NCBI GenBank assembly: GCA_048884965.1
Contig: JBHLQH010000009.1
Span: forward strand, 32,001 to 96,000
Direction of reading: 5' to 3'
From: Candidatus Thorarchaeota archaeon
GTDB lineage: Archaea; Asgardarchaeota; Thorarchaeia; Thorarchaeales; Thorarchaeaceae
Length of the DNA: 64,000 nucleotides
Shown: positions 48,643-56,090 of the stretch, in pieces
Position numbering within the stretch: the stretch's first letter is position 1
How the letters are laid out: every line of letters begins with the position of its first letter
The notes under the pieces: generated by a model
What the model saw: only the letters and a program-made list of their open reading frames with translations
Database searches by the model: none
What the model was told of the DNA's origin: nothing
Translations under genes and position numbers: made by a program

Positions 48643-51148
48643 ACATTAGAAGCGCGTTATACAAGACCCAAATCACCGTAACAATTGCCTCTCCTGCTAT
48701 CACGCCACTAAGGATTTTGACCCATTTTCTGTATTTCGGCGTTTCAGTTGGATCTGGAGCCTTCTCTGCAATACCTTCCTTCTTCAATCTGTAATCCATA
48801 TACCCTCCAAAGAGCATCGCAATGGTGGTGGCAGGTGGTACAAGAATCCCCACTGCAAGACTAATTGGACTCAGATTCCTTTTGCTCAGCTCTCTTCCTG
48901 CAAGGAATCCAATTATCCCGAATATCAGCAGATACGTGAAGGACAGTAAGGGGTGAACATCAGGAAAAGTATCCAATCCGGGTAACTGGAAGTTGCTCAG
49001 TCCAGTCAAGCTTACGACAAGAAAGCCAAAAAGTTGTGCCGCAGGTGCCGGGAACTCAGTCCCTCCAAATCCATATGTCGAATAAAGCATGAACGTGATT
49101 AGAGACCCTACAAAAGTACCAAGAAGTGCGCCTACAAAGACCCCTTTTGCGATATCTCTTCCACGCACTCCCGTGAGCGTACCTAGTTTGAGATGCACTA
49201 GAAGGGCAATCGCGGAATCTTGGAGAGCTCCCAGCATGGCCATGAACGTCGTTATCGCTGCAAAGGATATACGAAACAGTAGTATAGCTGGTATCGATAT
49301 CATGTCCGAGATGTATCCCGCTAGCATCCCTGTTTCGCTGATTGAACGAGCCGTGAAGTATGCCGAAAGCATTGTGATTGGAGAACCTAGGACAAAGAGT
49401 AGTATTGGAACTTCAATCCCTGCGAAGGGGCGGATTACGCCGAAGATGAGCGTACCAATTAGGATGAACAGAGCCATCGAAATTCCAGCGACCCATATTG
49501 GAACGTGTCCCCTTGTCGAAAGAAGATAACCCCGTGGGTCTCGTACCATAAAGCGGATTTCTTCCTTGAAGACCTCGAGGGACAGTATCTCCTCTTGCAC
49601 CCTAAGCAACTTGGGAGATTTCTCACCTTCACTCATGATGTCATCGGTGGTACTAGCCTTCTCCTCTTCTGACTGCTCATCTTGTGTTTCATCATCCTTT
49701 TCTTTGCCAGAGAATATATCCCCAACAATCACTGTGATGAATATGCCAATAGCCAAATACAGGATTTCTGGACGAGTTAGATGGTCTGCATATTCCATTG
49801 GAAGGGCCCTTTCGAGTACAATCCAGAAGAAGATCGATACTACACTTCCTATGAACATGGTCAGGACCCGCTTCCATCCTACAAAGAATCCGATCGCACC
49901 CATCAATGGTGAGTTCGTTACACCAATCCAATCCGGAACAGCAGGTGTAAAGGCATGAGGTATCGATGACAATCGCAATCCATCATTTGCAGCTTCGATA
50001 GCTTTCATACTCCCTACATATGCTGCAGAAACCGTCAGTCCCTTCATCACTGTTCTCTTCGATTCAGAATCTGCTCCCAAGGAATTGATGGTTTCAGCCT
50101 GAGGTCGCACTTGTGGCCATGGATCATCCTCAAAGTTCTTTCTGAAAGGAGCTAGTAGAAGCAACCCGAATATGGCACTAAGGCCAGTTACAATTGCAAT
50201 GAATTCAAACGTGATAATGGTAGAAACGTCAAGCCAGGGCATCTGAGTGGGACCAAAGATGGCGATTGCTGGGAATGTAATCAGCACTCCAACTGAAACC
50301 ATGGATGAAGTGTTTGCGATAGCAACAGAGATGGTGTTCTCCTCTGGAGTATATCGACCATTTAGGCTCAAGAGTAAGAATCCCAGAAGCTCAGCCCCAA
50401 CAAAATATACGATACCAAGCTTTAGAGCCAGATAGATTCCAAGGAAGGTCATTACGACGCCGACAATGATTCCTGTTCCTACTGCTCTTTTAGTAAGCGG
50501 AAATTTCGGTTCGCTCATCAATCCTGCGTAGATCGTCATCCCTGCTGCTGCCATCACGACAACTTCTGAGAAATCTCCAAAGAGAAATGAGAACAAGAGG
50601 TACGCAAAGATAGCTACTGAAAACAACCCAAGCCCCTTCTTGTCTAGTGCACCTTGAGTAATCGAGCCAACCAAGAGAAGGAACTCAAGTATAATTGCTA
50701 CTATTGTTCCATAGCTGGCTCCTTCTGTACTTGTAGCAAATACTGCATAGAAGAATCCTGCTGCATATATCCCGACTAGGAACAATCTAGTAGAGCTCAG
50801 TTTTGAAGCCAAAGGCTTGACAAAAATGGATTCTGTCATCTCTCCACTCAGAGTAATGAAAATGGCGAATCCAATAGATGCCATCACAACATAGAATGAG
50901 AAGATTTCCAACAGCAATGAGATTCCGATATAGCCTGTGACTGCAACAATCGAGAAGATGACCTCGTTTCGACTCAGTGTTATCCGTGAGATTGAGCAGG
51001 CGAGGAGTAAGCCTTCTATTACAAAGGCTCCAATCATGCCAAAGTCTGGACTAATATCTGCCATTCCAATAAGAGCGATGAGCAACCCTGTTGCAAAAGT
51101 AAGGACCATCAATAATCGAGTGGCATCGAACCTATCCATCATTTGCAC
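48632..51148 (-). CDS. OPT-family (oligopeptide / metal-chelate) transporter with duplicated N-terminal membrane domain
   Basis: LTKRAV..G...YLALKLG, EENTI, PAPAA, SGVIAGEA OPT-like motifs. Confidence 0.75.
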   Translation of the reverse strand: MQMMDRFDATRLLMVLTFATGLLIALIGMADISPDFGMIGAFVIEGLLLACSISRITLSRNEVIFSIVAVTGYIGISLLLEIFSFYVVMASIGFAIFITLSGEMTESIFVKPLASKLSSTRLFLVGIYAAGFFYAVFATSTEGASYGTIVAIILEFLLLVGSITQGALDKKGLGLFSVAIFAYLLFSFLFGDFSEVVVMAAAGMTIYAGLMSEPKFPLTKRAVGTGIIVGVVMTFLGIYLALKLGIVYFVGAELLGFLLLSLNGRYTPEENTISVAIANTSSMVSVGVLITFPAIAIFGPTQMPWLDVSTIITFEFIAIVTGLSAIFGLLLLAPFRKNFEDDPWPQVRPQAETINSLGADSESKRTVMKGLTVSAAYVGSMKAIEAANDGLRLSSIPHAFTPAVPDWIGVTNSPLMGAIGFFVGWKRVLTMFIGSVVSIFFWIVLERALPMEYADHLTRPEILYLAIGIFITVIVGDIFSGKEKDDETQDEQSEEEKASTTDDIMSEGEKSPKLLRVQEEILSLEVFKEEIRFMVRDPRGYLLSTRGHVPIWVAGISMALFILIGTLIFGVIRPFAGIEVPILLFVLGSPITMLSAYFTARSISETGMLAGYISDMISIPAILLFRISFAAITTFMAMLGALQDSAIALLVHLKLGTLTGVRGRDIAKGVFVGALLGTFVGSLITFMLYSTYGFGGTEFPAPAAQLFGFLVVSLTGLSNFQLPGLDTFPDVHPLLSFTYLLIFGIIGFLAGRELSKRNLSPISLAVGILVPPATTIAMLFGGYMDYRLKKEGIAEKAPDPTETPKYRKWVKILSGVIAGEAIVTVIWVLYNALLMFMG

Positions 51149-51236
51149 CGTCAGCTAGTAGTCAGGCATCGCAGAAGCAAACATTATTGGTCGGAGTTGT
51201 TTCCTTGAAGGCTATCGTGAGAGCATGGTCCAATAT

Positions 51237-51545
51237 TTAGCCATTGTGTAATTTGGAGAGCCTCTCGAGCAGTTCCTTTTGGGAGATATGTTGAAGAATG
51301 AGGGTCTTTTTTTTCGCCTTGTGACCAGCTGCTATCACAATATCCAAAGATGATAAATCAAGGGACTTTGATAGCCGTTTGATCAGCTCAGTATTGGCCT
51401 TTCCATCTCTTGCAGGGCTGCTTAGGTTCAAGACGATCTCACTATCATCTAGAGTATGAACAAGCTCTCGTTCTTTTGAACCGGGTCGCACTACCACAAC
51501 AAGGAATGTTCCTTTCTCACTTTCCCATATCCATTCTTCAGTCAT
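51237..51545 (-). CDS. DUF167 (YggU) family protein
   Basis: VVRPGS, PARDGKANTELI, IAAGHKAKKK. Confidence 0.88.
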   Translation of the reverse strand: MTEEWIWESEKGTFLVVVVRPGSKERELVHTLDDSEIVLNLSSPARDGKANTELIKRLSKSLDLSSLDIVIAAGHKAKKKTLILQHISQKELLERLSKLHNG

Positions 51546-51661
51546 ACATGTAATGATTGAAACGCCGAACTTAAAGGTGTTTCATCAAGGATTCTTTTTT
51601 ATGGACTTCCTGCGGCGTAATGTGTAGAAACCGTGTTAATTTTACCACGGGGTGAAGAAAG

Positions 51662-52042
51662 ATGTCCGATCCTGTTATGGATGCATATACACAAGCGTAT
51701 AATACGTCAGGTCAGATGGTCCAAGCCTTTGGTGTCATAAAAGGCGACGGCTCTGTTCTCTGGCAAAGTAACAACTGGAGTCTAGAAGCTGATGCTAAGA
51801 GCCTAGTTGCAGCTGTAAATAATAGGGCTGCAAGCGTCACTCAGAACCAGGTGAAATACAGCACGATGCGTACAAGCCCAGAAAGCCTTGTTGCCCGCAG
51901 TATTCAAGGCAATGGAATCTTGATTCTTGCAAGGATCGAAGGTGACAAATGGGTCGTCGCGTGGGCGTCCCCGGATGCTGCTCCGGACGGCGTCTATGTT
52001 GATGTTGACCGTGCTGCAAAATCCCTTAAGGGAAGAATCTAG
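51662..52042 (+). CDS. Asgard profilin homologue 1
   Basis: 126 aa; AFGVI..DGSVLWQSNNW, QVKY, GNGILIL, WVVAW..P match the Asgard profilin pattern recalled from Lokiarchaeal profilins (QTENW, IKY, GKGH); GGTGA SD. Confidence 0.8.
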   Translation: MSDPVMDAYTQAYNTSGQMVQAFGVIKGDGSVLWQSNNWSLEADAKSLVAAVNNRAASVTQNQVKYSTMRTSPESLVARSIQGNGILILARIEGDKWVVAWASPDAAPDGVYVDVDRAAKSLKGRI

Positions 52043-52052
52043 TTCTACGTAT

Positions 52053-52070
52053 GGGGGAACCACTTCCCCC
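52053..52070 (+). terminator. GC hairpin between the two profilin genes
   Basis: GGGGGAA-CCAC-TTCCCCC. Confidence 0.55.
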
Positions 52071-52111
52071 TGAACTTGATTTGAAATTCAAATCTGAGGT
52101 GTGATGATTCT

Positions 52112-52471
52112 CTGTCACTAGATGATATTTGGACGCATCTTTATTCTCATAATAACAAGATTCAGGCCTTTGCAGTGATTAGCGCAGGCAAGATTGTCTG
52201 GCAGACAGACAATTGGAATCTCGTGGACTCTGTTTCATCATTGCTTGAAGGTGTGACAAAACGAGCAGGGACCATCGAAGTATCGAATATTCCCTACCAG
52301 ATCGGTGAAGCGACTGGTGATTCGCTTATCGCAACATCAACAGAGGGGAAAGGTCATGTTCTCATGGCTAAGACAAAGAATGATGCTTGGTTTGTCGCAT
52401 GGGCGACGCCAGACTCTATTTCAGACCTCACCATTATCGATCTCAAGTATGCTGCATCCAAGGTGAGGTAG
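52112..52471 (+). CDS. Asgard profilin homologue 2 (probable CTG start)
   Basis: QAFAVI..GKIVWQTDNW, IPY, GKGHVLM, WFVAW; similarity to profilin 1 extends upstream of the GTG at 52175 to (M)SLDDIWTHLY; GAGGTG at 52096-52101. Confidence 0.75.
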   Translation: MSLDDIWTHLYSHNNKIQAFAVISAGKIVWQTDNWNLVDSVSSLLEGVTKRAGTIEVSNIPYQIGEATGDSLIATSTEGKGHVLMAKTKNDAWFVAWATPDSISDLTIIDLKYAASKVR

Positions 52472-52600
52472 CAATCAACACGTTCGTTTTCAAACGATTG
52501 TTTTCGTCGTTTGCATGAATTGGAGCTTCCACACCTTTATAGCGCACACAAAGAATAAGAGTACGGTTGTATAAGAATCCATAAGGAGAGGAAGCTACCA

Positions 52601-52834
52601 TTGACAGTTACAGCGTTCATTCTGCTTACGGTTGAGATGGCATCTCAGCGAGAGATATTAAACACTATACGTGCTCTTGATGAGGTATCTGAGGCTCATC
52701 TTATCTTTGGAGCATTTGATATTATAGTGAAGGCTGAGTTTGGAAATAACGAGGAACTAAGTGTGTTCGTCGTGGATAAAATCAAATCGATACCAGGTGT
52801 TGGCGACACCCAAACGAACATTGCCGCTGTATAG
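52601..52834 (+). CDS. Stand-alone Lrp/AsnC ligand-binding (RAM) domain protein
   Basis: AFILL, HLIFGAFDIIVK, IKSIPGV..TQT. Confidence 0.88.
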   Translation: MTVTAFILLTVEMASQREILNTIRALDEVSEAHLIFGAFDIIVKAEFGNNEELSVFVVDKIKSIPGVGDTQTNIAAV

Positions 52835-52906
52835 GACAGGAAGCAGGTTCCCGTCCACACACAGGCATACAGTTTATGGTGATTGCAACAGATTGTCTTT
52901 CGTTGG

Positions 52907-53641
52907 TTATTTGAATAGGAGATCTCGAATCTTCTTATGAATCTCAATGTATTCCTCATTTCCTAAGGCATACATCTGCAAGAGAAACTCGTACATGTCC
53001 AGAACATCCTTGTCTGCAACATCGCTACGAATCAGTTTCACAATCTCTTTCCGTGCTGCAAGCTCGATTTTCAAGGCATCAAACCTAAGGTTCTCGAACC
53101 TCTTCTGTTCCTCCTCAGTTATATTGATCTTGAAATGCTGCATCATCTTCTGAGTGACTTTCTCGTTCTTCTTCCTGAGCATCTTCTCATCAGCGGCACT
53201 CAACACTCCTGTGATTAGGACAAAGCCTCCTGCTGTTCGTCTATAGTAATCTGTGGTTCTCTTTCCTGTGGTGACTGTGCCCAGCTTTATCACATACCCC
53301 ATTTCAATGAGCTTTGGTAAGTGATGATAGACCTGATTCTTGGTCACATTCTCGACATACTCGATGTCTTCTGACATCTTGACAATCTCTACAACTGACA
53401 GAGCTTTCCTTGTGACCTCACGTTGACGAATGATTGTATCGCCGGTTTCAGGATCCTTCGTCTTGGTGGTCTTTGTATCTTCAACTCCTTTTCTCAATAC
53501 TTGAAGGATGGCTAGACGTACGCTATCATCGAGCTCCTTCGCTCGGTCTATATCATATACGAATTCAATATCAGGTACTGCTTTCTTGGCCTCAGGAGTC
53601 AATTCAATGCCTTCCAAGGTGTCGGTTATATCATCGTCCAT
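52907..53641 (-). CDS. Winged-helix (ArsR-like) transcriptional regulator with helical C-terminal domain
   Basis: DSVRLAILQVL, LSVVEI, NQVYHHLPKLIEMGYV, YYRRTA; GGTGA SD. Confidence 0.82.
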   Translation of the reverse strand: MDDDITDTLEGIELTPEAKKAVPDIEFVYDIDRAKELDDSVRLAILQVLRKGVEDTKTTKTKDPETGDTIIRQREVTRKALSVVEIVKMSEDIEYVENVTKNQVYHHLPKLIEMGYVIKLGTVTTGKRTTDYYRRTAGGFVLITGVLSAADEKMLRKKNEKVTQKMMQHFKINITEEEQKRFENLRFDALKIELAARKEIVKLIRSDVADKDVLDMYEFLLQMYALGNEEYIEIHKKIRDLLFK

Positions 53642-53688
53642 TCTATCACCATTTCAAGTGCTTTATCTCACTATTATCTATAATTGGA

Positions 53689-53792
53689 TGGTATATTAAA
53701 GTTTTGTTAGATGAACCGTTTTAGGCACGAATGAAAATTACATAATAGTTTGGTATACAAACCTTTATATGGAAATGTTGTGGTGTATAAAC
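53689..53792. promoter_or_regulatory. Divergent promoter with two TATA boxes and three operator-like boxes
   Basis: TTTAATA (minus, 53694-53700) and TTTATAT (plus, 53764-53770); TGGTATATTAAAG 53689, TGGTATACAAAC 53751, TGGTGTATAAAC 53781. Confidence 0.65.
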
Positions 53793-53803
53793 TGTGAACA
53801 ATC

Positions 53804-53911
53804 ATGGCGTTAGAAAGCAACTCACGAACCGAATCTGGAACAAAGAACAAGAAGATCGCACAGTCAATCTCGACTGCAGCTATCCGATACGCATACGCTT
53901 ACAGGAGGTAA
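53804..53911 (+). CDS. Micropeptide A, 35 aa (MALESNSRTESGTKNKKIAQSISTAAIRYAYAYRR)
   Basis: ATG about 34 nt after the TATA box; C-terminal motif shared with the next ORF; not in ORF track. Confidence 0.75.
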   Translation: MALESNSRTESGTKNKKIAQSISTAAIRYAYAYRR

Positions 53912-53917
53912 GAAACG

Positions 53918-54004
53918 ATGGCACTTGTTAAGAAGCAAAGCATGAAGCCAAGGAATACGATTTCAACTCAAGCAATACGCTTTTCCTACATCTATAATAG
54001 GTGA
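53918..54004 (+). CDS. Micropeptide B, 28 aa (MALVKKQSMKPRNTISTQAIRFSYIYNR)
   Basis: Strong SD AGGAGGT embedded in the last codons of peptide A; paralogous to A. Confidence 0.78.
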   Translation: MALVKKQSMKPRNTISTQAIRFSYIYNR

Positions 54005-54009
54005 TTCAA

Positions 54010-54129
54010 ATGACTCGCGAATCAAGATCCCTGAGCTCAAATGAGCGATTTAACGCAGCATACACCATTGATAAGATTCGCCGGCAAGAAATCACGACCA
54101 AAGATGTTCTTGAACTAGAGGCGACCTAG
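54010..54129 (+). CDS. Micropeptide C, 39 aa (MTRESRSLSSNERFNAAYTIDKIRRQEITTKDVLELEAT)
   Basis: SD AGGTGA overlaps the stop of B, 5 nt before the ATG; ends inside the terminator hairpin. Confidence 0.65.
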   Translation: MTRESRSLSSNERFNAAYTIDKIRRQEITTKDVLELEAT

Positions 54130-54147
54130 TCGCCTCCTTCTCTTTTT
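54118..54147 (+). terminator. Hairpin + U-tract terminator of the micropeptide operon
   Basis: GAGGCGAC-CTA-GTCGCCTC followed by CTTCTCTTTTT. Confidence 0.75.
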
Positions 54148-54174
54148 GAAACAGGCTCTATTGATACTGTACAG

Positions 54175-54984
54175 CTACTTTCTGAAGACGATTTGGTAGA
54201 ATGTGTCATTCATTACGTAGGTGACTTCTACTTCCTTTGCTCTTTCAGGAAGGTATTCCAGAGGTGGTTTGGCGGCAAAGAGGCTATTCGCCTTTATGAT
54301 CTCTTGACCTCTGTCAGTCCCTCGCAGTCTGGGAGAAACTCCCTCATCGATCACAATGACAAATCCATCCTTCTTTACAATTCTGAGCATCTCTTCTAAG
54401 GCTCCGGATATATCTGAGAAAGTATTGATTCCTCCAGTATGTAGCACGATATCGAAGGTATTGTCAGGATAGGGAATATTAAACACACTACCATGTACAA
54501 GATTGATTGTTAGACCGAGCTTCCCTGCTTTTCTTTGGGCAACGTGAAGCATCCCCCATGAGACATCAAGTCCATGCAGATTGAAACGTCCCATCTTTCC
54601 TTTGAATGCACTCTCAAGAGCTTCAAAGTTAGCTGCTGTGCCTATGCTCACGTCAATGATCTTTGACGGACCTTCTATTGGTATGAACTGGGTGAATCCT
54701 TGTCGTTCCTTGTTTATATCTATATCAAGCCACTCATTGTACTGCTTGACAGCTTCATCATACCCCTCTGCCATCTGATCATATTCCTCAATCCATTTCT
54801 TGTCCTCGTCGGTCAGATCTGGGAAAAGAAGTGAGGGGATTCCATCAATGATTGGCCAATGATGGCCCTTCTCACAGGTCAAGGATCCGTTATCAACGCC
54901 ATCAGTCTGCTCTGTCACATCTGATATCCTAAGGCCGTTTTTGCATTTTGGACATCGTAGAAGATTAAGGTGTGGTGTTTGCAT
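54175..54984 (-). CDS. Class I SAM methyltransferase with N-terminal Trm112-like zinc ribbon
   Basis: LLRCPKC...LTCEKGHHWPIIDGIPSLL; IDVSIGTA, GLDVSWGML, IPYPDNTFD, EMLRIVK. Confidence 0.82.
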   Translation of the reverse strand: MQTPHLNLLRCPKCKNGLRISDVTEQTDGVDNGSLTCEKGHHWPIIDGIPSLLFPDLTDEDKKWIEEYDQMAEGYDEAVKQYNEWLDIDINKERQGFTQFIPIEGPSKIIDVSIGTAANFEALESAFKGKMGRFNLHGLDVSWGMLHVAQRKAGKLGLTINLVHGSVFNIPYPDNTFDIVLHTGGINTFSDISGALEEMLRIVKKDGFVIVIDEGVSPRLRGTDRGQEIIKANSLFAAKPPLEYLPERAKEVEVTYVMNDTFYQIVFRK

Positions 54985-55060
54985 TGGTAGTCAGATTTGA
55001 AAGATATCAATCATTTATGAAATAATCGCAAAGTCGTAGGATATGTTATCCTATGTTTCT

Positions 55061-55936
55061 CTAACTCTCTTCTAGGATGCTGTGGATGAGTCCCTCGATT
55101 GTGTATAGGGCGGTCTTAATGACCTGCCATTGAATTGTTACGATAAGTGGGTTCCTGATGTGCAATGCCCAAGGCTTCTGACTCTCAGTCATTGGTCTGA
55201 ATATTGCGATACTCTCTATTCCGTCAATCATCATGATTGACATGGCATCTGGATTCCAACCTATATACTGTAGGTCAATCTCCTGCAATACTTGTCGAAG
55301 GTTCTCAACTAGAACCTCCGAACTAGGTATTGCGCTATGAATTTCCATGTAATGCCTGAAGGGCTCAAAGCTCTCCACTAGTGAACCCGTGGTATGCAAT
55401 TCTATATTTACTCCTCTTGCCTTTGCTCCAGAGAATGACGAACGCAGCGGACTAAGAAGGCTTGGAAGTCTGGTCGCTATGAATATGGACCTCTTTGCCC
55501 CTTCCAAGGCTGACATGATCCCGAGATTGATTTGCTCATCTCCCTGTGTCGTCCAGACGAACTCCTCTTCAACAGACTCTCTTTCGCTCTCAAGATTCTC
55601 AAGTGCAGCAAGTGCTGACTCACTAGAGGATTCTAGCTTCTTTCGAAGGAACTCAATAGTCGTTCTTGGTGGTGCTGCCTTGAATGTCGCAGGTTCTCTT
55701 CCGAGAACTCGCTGGATTATCCCCCGCTTCTCCAGCAAACCAACCGTTTCGTAGACCTTGCTTCTTGGGATGCCAGAGACCTCTGCAATCTCTCGTGCAG
55801 TTGAGTTTCCTTGTTGCACCAGGGCCTTGTAGGCCCGAGCCTCGTTGAGTGTAAGACCAAGCCGTATTAGGTCATCTATGACAGAATCTGAGAGCAATCT
55901 TATCGCCAACCTTACTAGTACACCATCACATATCAA
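55061..55936 (-). CDS. TrmB family transcriptional regulator
   Basis: LGLTLNEARAY..L, AREIAEVSGIPRSKVYE, AKRSIFI, RGVNI. Start may be TTG 55909. Confidence 0.9.
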   Translation of the reverse strand: MICDGVLVRLAIRLLSDSVIDDLIRLGLTLNEARAYKALVQQGNSTAREIAEVSGIPRSKVYETVGLLEKRGIIQRVLGREPATFKAAPPRTTIEFLRKKLESSSESALAALENLESERESVEEEFVWTTQGDEQINLGIMSALEGAKRSIFIATRLPSLLSPLRSSFSGAKARGVNIELHTTGSLVESFEPFRHYMEIHSAIPSSEVLVENLRQVLQEIDLQYIGWNPDAMSIMMIDGIESIAIFRPMTESQKPWALHIRNPLIVTIQWQVIKTALYTIEGLIHSILEES

Positions 55937-55941
55937 TTAGT

Positions 55942-56053
55942 TGTCACTCTAGGAGTTACACATTTACATGTCTTCAACAACTCTGAGTTTTCAAGAACTC
56001 AGAGCTCCTTTGGAAATTCGACTCTCGAATATGATGTTACTCCCTTCGTGACA
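55942..56053. promoter_or_regulatory. Two TGTYAC-N7-GTKACA palindromes, likely TrmB operators
   Basis: TGTCAC-TCTAGGA-GTTACA (55942-55960) and TGTTAC-TCCCTTC-GTGACA (56035-56053), between divergent trmB and ABC genes. Confidence 0.65.
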
Positions 56054-56090
56054 TCAGTGCTATATTCTCCGTTGTCAAGTAGAGTATGAG

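Noticed and set aside
53900-54004. Micropeptide C-termini as proteasome HbYX motifs
   Set aside because: Tyr is third from last (YRR, YNR), not penultimate.
54002-54013. Selenocysteine readthrough of the peptide B TGA (and of other TGA stops)
   Set aside because: Another TGA follows two codons later, the TGA is part of the next SD, and no TGA-interrupted known selenoprotein was apparent in the window.
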